Below, in pieces: positions 35,798 through 42,935 of a stretch of DNA of 42,935 bases (the first letter of the stretch is position 1; each line of letters opens with the position of its first letter). Source of the DNA: a virus (Duplodnaviria; Heunggongvirae; Uroviricota; Caudoviricetes); IMG/VR virus record IMGVR_UViG_2529292907_000021; one strand, given 5' to 3'. The notes under the pieces are model-generated. The model was not told the DNA's origin. It ran no database searches and saw nothing but the letters and a program-made list of their open reading frames with translations. The position numbers and the translations under genes are program-made.

Positions 35798-35959
35798 ATG
35801 CAAGACAAGAAATGCGGTTACTGCAGCAAGCCGGTTAAACCGGAAGAAGTAATCAAAGGCACCCTTCTCTACCGCAACGGCTCACTGCTGGCGCGCAAAG
35901 AGAAAGAGTACTGTTCCAGACGTTGCGCTTCGCACGACCAGATGGCTCACGAAGGCTAA
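35798..35959 (+). CDS. Small zinc-ribbon-like protein (53 aa; YdaE-like position)
   Basis: MQDKKCGYCSKPV...EYCSRRCASHDQ has CxxC...CxxxC spacing; GGAG RBS; below the ORF track length threshold. Confidence 0.35.
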   Translation: MQDKKCGYCSKPVKPEEVIKGTLLYRNGSLLARKEKEYCSRRCASHDQMAHEG

Positions 35960-36098
35960 CGTACACCCCGCGCAAGGCGGGATCTACGTCCGGTGGCACC
36001 GACCAAAGTTACACCGGAAACAACATCAAAACCAAAGTTAACCCAATGGGCGCTATCAATGGCCCGGGGATTCTAACACCCAAAAATGAGGATCTCAC

Positions 36099-38858
36099 AT
36101 GGAATTCTTTAATGTGGTTAAAGCCACTCAGAAATCCGGAAAACAAGATGCAGTGGTCTGGTTCACTGCGAAAACCGAGGCTCGCGCCAACCTGCAACTG
36201 GACGTTGCACTGGAAGATGCTGGCATCGAAATGGGTCGCGGTAAGGACTACGCCAAACCGATTCGCACAGATTTTCCTGTTGTTGATGACCTGCCAGAAG
36301 AAGGCGAAGTTGATTTCACATGGTGCGAACGTTACGAACTGGCCGAAGACCAGCGCACCTGGAATGTTAAGCAACAGGCTGAAGATGAGTCTGTCGACGA
36401 CGCCGATACTGAAGACAGCACCGCAGAAGAATCTCAGCAGTCAGAGCAGCCGAACCTGATCGTCGTTGCCACCCTGCCATTCCGTCAGCGCGTACTGGCT
36501 CAGTTCATCGGTGATGGTGAATATCTCTATCACGTCGACGCTGGGCAGAAAAACGAGATTGTCCGCCTTGAGATGGACACTGATAACGCGTACGCCCAAA
36601 ACCTGCTGCTGGCTGCTGAGAATGTGGAAGCATTCAAAAAAGCCATTGAGCACGATATCCATAAAGTCGTGAATGCCGTTAAGAAAGCCTTCCCTGTCGA
36701 CGGTAAAAAACCGGAACTGGCAACAGTTATCCAGTTCCTGACGGTGTGGTTCAACACTGATTACATCGACCGTGGCATCCTGGCGCGCGAATGGACCGCC
36801 GGTAACCGCATCAGCAATGTTCAGCGCACCGATTCCGGTACCAACGCCGACGGCGGATATGTCACTGACCGTGGCGAAAATGCTTACCACACGCTGGATA
36901 CTCTGGATTTAGAGATTGCCTGCGCCCTGCTCCCAATGGACTTTAACCATCTTGAAATCCTGGGCAGCATCCACCGCCGCGCCAAAGAGATAGTGGCCAA
37001 CAAAGAACAACCATGGAAATCATGGAGCAGCATCCTGCGCAATCAGCCTGGCGTTCTGTCGGTAAACCGCGCTGCCATCTTCAATCTGGTGCGCATCGCG
37101 CCGGAAAATATTCACCTGACGCCAGTTGCACATCTGGAGTTCGTTAACCAGACCATGACAGCTGAGTTCAATTCAGCAACTGAGTTGCTGCCGTTGCCAG
37201 TAGCTGGCGCGCAGGAACCAAACAGTCAGGATCAACCTCGAGTTGAGAATCTTGGCGCTGGAATTTTCTCCATAGAAAGCCTGATGGGTGATCAACAACC
37301 AAAAACAGATGACCGTTCACCACTTAATGAGGAAACCACCAGCGATGTGCAGATGGAAGAAACTGTCAGTGATGAAGAACAGGCTGGTAATGAAGTGCAG
37401 CCAGGCGAAAGCAGTCTGGAAACTGGTGAAGAGTCACATACCGGCCAGCAAGCCGATGTAAACCAGAATGCGGACTCTGTCGTCCAAAATAGCGATTCTG
37501 TAAACCAAGCCGAACCAGTTGCTGCGCAAACCGAGCCAGAAGCGAAATCTGACGAACCGGCTGTTGTGTATCCCGCTTACTTCGAGCCTGGGCGCTATGA
37601 AGGTCTGCCGAACGAGGTTTATCACGCAGCGAACGGGATCAGCAGCACGCAGGTAAAAGATGCCCGCGTCAGCCTGATGTACTTCAACGCACGCCACGTC
37701 GCCAAAACGATCACCAAAGAGCGTTCTCCAGTTCTGGACATGGGTAACCTGGTGCATGGACTGGCGTTGCAGCCAGAGCAGCTTGATGAAGAGTTCAGCG
37801 TTGAACCGATGATCCCGGAAGGCGCGTTCACCACGACGGCAACAATCCGCGCGTTTATCGATGAGTACAACGCAGGTCTGCCAGAGCAATTGAGCGCCGA
37901 CGACATAAAGACATTGCTCGAGGAATACAACGCCACTCTGCCTGCTCAGGTACCACTGGGTGGTTCAGTCGAGGAAACTGGCCAGAGCTACATGTCGCTG
38001 CCAGAAGAGTACCAGCGGATCGAAGCGGACCAGAAGCAGACCGCAGCGGCGATGAAAGCCTGCATCAAGGAATACAACGCCAATCTGCCTGCCCAGGTGA
38101 AAACCAGTGGTAGCCGTGATGCCTTACTCGAGCAGCTGGCAATCATCAATCCTGACCTGGTGGCGCAGGAAGCGCAGAAACCGCAACCGCTGAAAGTGTC
38201 CGGTACCAAAGCGGATCTGATTCAGACCGTGAAGTCTGTGAAACCAGACGCCGTCTTTGCCGACGAACTGCTGGATGCGTGGCGCGAGAATCCGCAAGGG
38301 AAAGTACTGGTCACCCGCCAGCAACTGAGCACCGCACTGGCCATTCAGAAAGCCCTGCTACAGCACCCAACTGCCGGGATGCTGCTTCAGTACCCGAGTC
38401 GCGCCGTTGAGGTCAGCTATTTTGGCTTTGACGATGAAACCGGTCTGGAAGTCCGCGTTCGTCCAGACCTTGAGATCGACCTGGACGGAGTGCGCATCGG
38501 TGCCGACCTGAAAACCATCAGCATGTGGAACATTAAGCAGGAAGGCCTGCGCGCCAAGCTGCACCGGGAAATCATCGACCGTGACTACCATCTGAGCGCC
38601 GCCATGTATTGCGAGACCGCAGCACTGGACCAGTTCTTCTGGATTTTCGTCAACAAGGACGAGAACTACCACTGGATCGCCATCATCGAGGCATCCGCCG
38701 AACTGCTGGAGCTGGGCATGCTTGAGTACCGCAAATCAATGCGTGCTATCGCTACCGGCTTTGACACTGGCGAATGGCCAGCGCCCATCACAGCTGATTA
38801 TACCGACGAACTGAACGACTTCGACCTGCGCCGCCTTGAAGCGCTGCGTCTGGCTTAA
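36099..38858 (+). CDS. RecE-like exonuclease VIII (long acidic N-terminal region plus C-terminal PD-(D/E)xK nuclease domain)
   Basis: 919 aa; C-terminal ~300 aa contain a PD-(D/E)xK-like arrangement (...RPDLEIDLDG...GADLKT...); immediately upstream of a RecT-family gene, as in Rac recE-recT. Confidence 0.55.
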   Translation: MEFFNVVKATQKSGKQDAVVWFTAKTEARANLQLDVALEDAGIEMGRGKDYAKPIRTDFPVVDDLPEEGEVDFTWCERYELAEDQRTWNVKQQAEDESVDDADTEDSTAEESQQSEQPNLIVVATLPFRQRVLAQFIGDGEYLYHVDAGQKNEIVRLEMDTDNAYAQNLLLAAENVEAFKKAIEHDIHKVVNAVKKAFPVDGKKPELATVIQFLTVWFNTDYIDRGILAREWTAGNRISNVQRTDSGTNADGGYVTDRGENAYHTLDTLDLEIACALLPMDFNHLEILGSIHRRAKEIVANKEQPWKSWSSILRNQPGVLSVNRAAIFNLVRIAPENIHLTPVAHLEFVNQTMTAEFNSATELLPLPVAGAQEPNSQDQPRVENLGAGIFSIESLMGDQQPKTDDRSPLNEETTSDVQMEETVSDEEQAGNEVQPGESSLETGEESHTGQQADVNQNADSVVQNSDSVNQAEPVAAQTEPEAKSDEPAVVYPAYFEPGRYEGLPNEVYHAANGISSTQVKDARVSLMYFNARHVAKTITKERSPVLDMGNLVHGLALQPEQLDEEFSVEPMIPEGAFTTTATIRAFIDEYNAGLPEQLSADDIKTLLEEYNATLPAQVPLGGSVEETGQSYMSLPEEYQRIEADQKQTAAAMKACIKEYNANLPAQVKTSGSRDALLEQLAIINPDLVAQEAQKPQPLKVSGTKADLIQTVKSVKPDAVFADELLDAWRENPQGKVLVTRQQLSTALAIQKALLQHPTAGMLLQYPSRAVEVSYFGFDDETGLEVRVRPDLEIDLDGVRIGADLKTISMWNIKQEGLRAKLHREIIDRDYHLSAAMYCETAALDQFFWIFVNKDENYHWIAIIEASAELLELGMLEYRKSMRAIATGFDTGEWPAPITADYTDELNDFDLRRLEALRLA

Positions 38859-38872
38859 TGGAGGATTTGACC

Positions 38873-39913
38873 ATGCAAAATACCAACATCATTACTACTG
38901 AGCAGGCACCAAACACCATTTCCGCCAGCAATGCCGTATTCAACGTGCAGGCGCTCGGGCAGCTCACCTCTTTTGCTGAATTGATGGCGCAGTCTGCCGT
39001 CACCGTACCTAAACACCTGGCGGGGAAACCCGCTGACTGTATGGCGATCGTCATGCAGGCTATGCAGTGGGGAATGAACCCATATGCAGTTGCCCAGAAA
39101 ACGCATCTGGTCAACGGCGTTCTGGGTTACGAAGCGCAACTGGTCAACGCAGTAATCTCCAGCTCCAGCGCCATCGTGGGCCGCTTCCATTACGAATACG
39201 GCGGTGACTGGGAGAAGATCGCCGGCAAAAAAGACGGCCGCGATGAATTAGGACTGTTTATACGGGTTGGCGCCGTACTGCGCGGAGAAGAAGAAATCAC
39301 CTGGGGTGAGCCAATCTACCTGGCTGATATCACCACACGTAACTCTCCATTGTGGAAAACAGCACCGAAGCAGCAGATCGCTTATCTGGCAGTGAAGTAC
39401 TGGGCGCGCTTGTACTGCCCAGAAGTCATCCTTGGCGTCTACAGCCCAGATGAAGTTGAACCGCGCACAGAGAAGGAGATTAACCCGGCGCCGCAACGCG
39501 TTAGCCTGGCGGATATCTCAGGTGACACCGTCACAACCACGCAGAGCGCACAGGAATCATCGGTAAATATCGGCTCACCGGCCGATGATTTCCGCGAACG
39601 CATCGATGCTGCACAGGATGTTGATAGCGCCAAAGCACTGCGCGCTGATATCGAAAGCGCGAAGGTCACGCTCGGTTCTGCCCTGTTCACCGAGCTGAAG
39701 AACAAGGCAGTTAAGCGCTATTACCTGGTTGATTCACGTAACAAGGTTGAAGCCGCGATCAACTCTCTACCGTCTCCGGATGAACCGGGCGCAGCAGAAC
39801 GATTCGCCGAAGTTGAGCGCGTGCTGGCAACCAATAAGCGTCACATGGGCGACGAGCTGCACGATCGGTTCAGCATCACCCTGGCGGATATGAAACCGGA
39901 ATACGTGGCCTAA
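38873..39913 (+). CDS. RecT/Red-beta family single-strand annealing protein
   Basis: Start at the ATG preceded by GGAGGA; ~346 aa; follows the RecE-like gene; conserved basic/aromatic core (QQIAYLAVKYWARLYCPEVILG) compatible with the RecT family. Confidence 0.5.
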   Translation: MQNTNIITTEQAPNTISASNAVFNVQALGQLTSFAELMAQSAVTVPKHLAGKPADCMAIVMQAMQWGMNPYAVAQKTHLVNGVLGYEAQLVNAVISSSSAIVGRFHYEYGGDWEKIAGKKDGRDELGLFIRVGAVLRGEEEITWGEPIYLADITTRNSPLWKTAPKQQIAYLAVKYWARLYCPEVILGVYSPDEVEPRTEKEINPAPQRVSLADISGDTVTTTQSAQESSVNIGSPADDFRERIDAAQDVDSAKALRADIESAKVTLGSALFTELKNKAVKRYYLVDSRNKVEAAINSLPSPDEPGAAERFAEVERVLATNKRHMGDELHDRFSITLADMKPEYVA

Positions 39914-39947
39914 GGGAGGCGGGAGGGTTCGCCCTCCCGGTAACGAC

Positions 39948-40625
39948 ATGACGAAAATTACGGAACGCCCAATGATTTTCAATGGTGAGATGGTTAGCGC
40001 CATTCTCGACACCGGGAAGACGCAGACCCGGCGGCCAGTAAAGTTCCCGCATATTGATAGAGATGCAATGTGCGAACTGTCAGGAAATGAATTAGCCGGT
40101 GAACTATTAGCGGGGAATTATAGAAACAGTCCACACGGCAAACCAGGCGATCGAATTTGGGTGCGCGAGACATGGTGGCAGGCTGGACAGAGTTACGCCC
40201 GTTACCCTGATGATGATGAATACGGCTGGTATGGTTCACGACGGGTTCTCTTTGCGGCAGATGGTAATCCGCCAAACGAACCTAACGACCATAACCCAAA
40301 CGGATTGGGTGGTGGAAAATTCTCTGCTGCCAAGCCAAATCATTTATGGCGTAAGCGCCCATCTATCCACATGCCGCGCTGGGCATCCCGCATCCTACTG
40401 GAGATCACCGATGTACGCGTGGAACGGTTGCAGGCCATTACCCTGGGAGATATCTGCAAAGAGATCGGCTGTGGTCTTTACGACTTCCGCCCCGCCACTT
40501 ATGGCTTTCAGGTGTGGGAAGAACTGTGGGAATCCATCTACGGAGAAGGCAGCTGGCAGGCTAATCCGTGGGTGTGGGTGATCGAGTTTAAGCGTATCGA
40601 AGGAGGTGACCATGCGACTAATTAA
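39948..40625 (+). CDS. Hypothetical early protein (225 aa)
   Basis: ORF between the RecT-like gene and xis. Confidence 0.4.
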   Translation: MTKITERPMIFNGEMVSAILDTGKTQTRRPVKFPHIDRDAMCELSGNELAGELLAGNYRNSPHGKPGDRIWVRETWWQAGQSYARYPDDDEYGWYGSRRVLFAADGNPPNEPNDHNPNGLGGGKFSAAKPNHLWRKRPSIHMPRWASRILLEITDVRVERLQAITLGDICKEIGCGLYDFRPATYGFQVWEELWESIYGEGSWQANPWVWVIEFKRIEGGDHATN

Positions 40626-40854
40626 CCGTGGAAATCAGCAATCCCCATTAGCGCGCCAGGCATGCGACATCGCACTGGCTACCCACCAGCAACGCTACGG
40701 CGACTACGGGCGTAGCAAGATGAAAGAGACGTACACGGTGAGAGTTGAAGGCGTGAAGGTCTGGGTAGAAGTAGTGAACCGCAAGGCCAGCTACGTGGCC
40801 ACGGCGATGACAGGTATGCGCCGGCTGCGCGCACTGCCGGGTCAGGTTTCTTGA
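40606..40854 (+). CDS. Small hypothetical protein (82 aa)
   Basis: ORF overlapping the end of the upstream gene; upstream of xis. Confidence 0.3.
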   Translation: MTMRLINRGNQQSPLARQACDIALATHQQRYGDYGRSKMKETYTVRVEGVKVWVEVVNRKASYVATAMTGMRRLRALPGQVS

Positions 40855-40917
40855 TAACGATATTTCATTAACAGTTTTCCGGCAGCTCTATAATGAGTTG
40901 CCGGATCCGGAGGTAGT

Positions 40918-41190
40918 ATGGCCAAGCTTCTTAATCTGCAGGAATGGGCGAATTCGACTTATTCAACCCCGCCGTCTCTTTCAACACTTCGCCGCTGGGC
41001 GCGGGAGGGGCGCATTTACCCTGCTCCGGAACTTCACGGAAAAGAATATAAGGTTCAGCCTGACGCCATCTATGTGGATCCGAGCAAAAAGAACCTTCGT
41101 CCCAAATCAAAACGCTTAGCGCTGCCAACTGGCGGCACTCTACTGGAGAGACTGACTCATGGCGAAAAGGCCAGTACGTTACGACGCTAA
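40918..41190 (+). CDS. xis: Excisionase (lambda Xis-like)
   Basis: N-terminus MAKLLNLQEWANSTYSTPPSLSTLRRWAREGRIYPAPELHGKEYKV closely parallels lambda Xis (MYLTLQEWNARQRRPRSLETVRRWVRECRIFPPPVKDGREY); overlaps the int start. Confidence 0.65.
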   Translation: MAKLLNLQEWANSTYSTPPSLSTLRRWAREGRIYPAPELHGKEYKVQPDAIYVDPSKKNLRPKSKRLALPTGGTLLERLTHGEKASTLRR

Positions 41191-42244
41191 CCTGCCCCGT
41201 AACCTGACCTATCGTAAAAGAGACAGGCTTTATAGCTGGCGAAACCCGATTACCGGTCAAGAATTATCTCTTGGCCGGATCGACAGAAAGGACGCCATTT
41301 CTCAGGCCATCGAGGCCAACAACTACATCGACCAAAATTACCTTCCGTCAGCGCTGCTTGACCGCATAAAGGAAACACCAACATTTACGGTGAAAGCGTG
41401 GCTCGAGCGCTACGAAGTAATTCTTGAGCGAAGAGAATTGAAGCCCAACACGATGAAGGTCAGGCGCAATCAGATCGCCACTATCAGTGATGAATTCGGA
41501 CGTATGCCGCTATCGGCGGTCAGCACAAAGGACGTATCTACTTTCCTGGAGAGTTACATACTCTGCGATAAGAAGAGCATGGCCTCTGGCCTGCGATCGG
41601 TATTGTTGGATATTTTCAGGGAGGCGATCGTCGAGGGACATATTGAAAGGAACCCGGCAGAGCCGACAAGAACGCCGACACCAAAAGTGAAGCGTGAGCG
41701 TCTTTTGCTCGAGCAGTTTGAGATAATAAGGGATGCCGCAACTGCTCATTCTGGATGGGCTGCAAATGCATGTGACCTGGCGCTGGTCACCGGGCAGAGA
41801 AGAGAGGACGTATCGCTGTTCAGATTCAGCGATATCAGGGATGGAAGATTGTTTGTCACACAGGAAAAGACAGGTCACAAATTGGCGTTGCCACTTGATT
41901 TGCGACTGGACTCTGCTGATTTGGTATTGCAGGATGTTATCGACCGTTGTCGTAAAAACAACCCGTCAGACTTCATGCTTTATTCTGCGGTAAGGCGTGG
42001 TGGCCGGAAGCCAGGTCCGTTAACTCCGGACGGAATCACCCAAGCATTTTCTGATATCAGGGATTCTACAGAGTTAAAGTTTGGCCCCAACCCTCCCCCG
42101 TTCCATGAGATCAGGAGCTTGGCGAGCAGGCTCTATGAAAGGGAGCGCGGAGAGGATTTCGCACAGAGACTGCTGGGGCATAAAAATTTAACAATGACCA
42201 AAAAATACCTGGACGCACGCGGTGCAGAATATGTTATGGTTTAG
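41159..42244 (+). CDS. int: Tyrosine integrase (lambda Int-like)
   Basis: 361 aa; N-terminal arm-binding region and a C-terminal catalytic region with ...HEIRSLASRLYERERGEDFAQRLLGHKNLTMTKKYLDARG matching lambda Int (...HELRSLSARLYEKQ...AQHLLGHKSDTMASQYRDDRG). Confidence 0.85.
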   Translation: MAKRPVRYDANLPRNLTYRKRDRLYSWRNPITGQELSLGRIDRKDAISQAIEANNYIDQNYLPSALLDRIKETPTFTVKAWLERYEVILERRELKPNTMKVRRNQIATISDEFGRMPLSAVSTKDVSTFLESYILCDKKSMASGLRSVLLDIFREAIVEGHIERNPAEPTRTPTPKVKRERLLLEQFEIIRDAATAHSGWAANACDLALVTGQRREDVSLFRFSDIRDGRLFVTQEKTGHKLALPLDLRLDSADLVLQDVIDRCRKNNPSDFMLYSAVRRGGRKPGPLTPDGITQAFSDIRDSTELKFGPNPPPFHEIRSLASRLYERERGEDFAQRLLGHKNLTMTKKYLDARGAEYVMV

Positions 42245-42320
42245 ACAGGATATGGAAATTTCGAGTAATTTTCGTGGGATTTCGTGAAAGCACCGAAAAA
42301 ACCCAATGAAAACAGATAGA

Positions 42321-42424
42321 TAAAAAGAGACCGAATACGATTCCTGTATTCGGTCCAGGGAAATGGCTCTTGGGAGAGAGCCGTGCGCTAAAAGTTGGCA
42401 TTAATGCAGGCTTAGTTGCCTTGC
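42321..42424 (-). ncRNA. sdsR: SdsR (RyeB)-like Hfq-dependent small RNA, ~104 nt
   Basis: Minus-strand sequence begins GCAAGGCAACTAAGCCTGCATTAATGCC... and ends in hairpin GACCGAATACAGGAATCGTATTCGGTC plus TCTTTTT; a sigma-S-like -10 (CTATTCT) lies ~7 nt upstream of the inferred 5' end; sequence matches my recollection of SdsR but was not database-verified. Confidence 0.5.
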
Positions 42425-42511
42425 CCTTTAAGAATAGATGACGACGCCAGGTTTTCCAGTTTGCGTGCAAAATGGTCAATAAAAAGCGCGGTAGTCATCA
42501 GCTTAAATGTT

Positions 42512-42553
42512 AAAAACCGCCCGTTCTGGTGAAAGAACTGAGGCGGTTTTTTA
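42512..42553. terminator. Bidirectional intrinsic terminator (possible 3' end of plus-strand RyeA/SraC-like RNA and of the minus-strand yebY-like gene)
   Basis: Hairpin AAACCGCC-...-GGCGGTTT flanked by T-runs on both strands. Confidence 0.5.
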
Positions 42554-42581
42554 TTGGAAATCAAAAGGCTATTTTAGGTAA

Positions 42582-42935
42582 TTAACAGAGTTTTTCAGCT
42601 CGTTCTATAAACGGTGCCAGACTCATTTTTTCGCCGGGATTGTTAGGATCATCAATCTGAATCACCGAAATCGGCTGGGCTTTAGTCTTCCCACTGGCAA
42701 CTTCCTTTTGTGCGATATCGTTTAAAGGATACTGCACGAGGGTACTTGGGTTGATGACATACAAAGCATTACCCGGTCGGCAAGTCAGCATCACCTCTTC
42801 GCGATTAAACGCCCATTTGTCTTTACCCACTTCAAAACGGCTGACGGTAATCACCTGCGGTGCCGCCAGCGCCGCTGCAGAACTGGTGAGTAACAGAAAC
42901 GCCAGAATACTTTTTTCATCATTTTCGTAATCCAT
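42582..42935 (-). CDS. yebY: Host periplasmic protein with signal peptide (YebY/DUF2511-like); start at or beyond the window edge
   Basis: Translation contains signal-peptide-like [18 protein letters not shown] followed by a ~95-aa domain with two Cys; ORF begins at the last base of the window, so the true start may differ. Name from memory and from adjacency to the sdsR-like locus. Confidence 0.4.
   Translation of the reverse strand: MDYENDEKSILAFLLLTSSAAALAAPQVITVSRFEVGKDKWAFNREEVMLTCRPGNALYVINPSTLVQYPLNDIAQKEVASGKTKAQPISVIQIDDPNNPGEKMSLAPFIERAEKLC

Noticed and set aside
42245-42581. tRNA gene as the integration target
   Set aside because: No cloverleaf-compatible sequence or conserved T-loop motif was seen; the region instead matches a small-RNA locus with two intrinsic terminators.

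Overview
The window is a mosaic, probably defective prophage from an enterobacterial chromosome, bounded on the left by nested mobile elements and on the right by host DNA. Positions 1-1337 are the right part of an IS3-family insertion sequence whose transposase gene carries a group II intron (reverse transcriptase/maturase C-terminus, domain V hairpin); the IS end at 1337 truncates a phage tail gene. Positions ~1338-21330 (minus strand) hold a contractile-tail structural module (baseplate J, spike, hub, tape measure, frameshifted tail chaperone, tube, sheath, major capsid, scaffold/protease, MuF-like head morphogenesis, portal, terminase large and small), interrupted by an IS200 copy at ~16320-17035. 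Further right on the minus strand are a lysis cassette (holins, GH108 endolysin, Rz/Rz1), a Q-like antiterminator, NinG and other nin-region genes, a small methyltransferase, and DnaC-like and O-like replication genes with iterons. The immunity region is Rac-like (YdaT-like, Cro/YdaS-like, divergent DicA-like repressor), followed on the plus strand by a RecE/RecT-like module, xis and a lambda-type tyrosine integrase. The integrase abuts what I read as the sdsR/ryeA small-RNA locus and a yebY-like host gene. Several AT-rich cargo insertions stand out: a plus-strand operon at ~29436-30626 ending in a MazF/PemK-like toxin, a two-gene insertion inside the baseplate genes (4195-4919) encoding a membrane-anchored MuF-C-terminal paralog plus a secreted protein, a possible sRNA/small-peptide pair at 3105-3393, a small-peptide/repeat island at 28420-29250, a membrane protein downstream of the repressor, and two opposite-strand morons in the lysis/terminase region. 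All assignments come from reading the translated ORFs and sequence motifs by eye; no database search was run.
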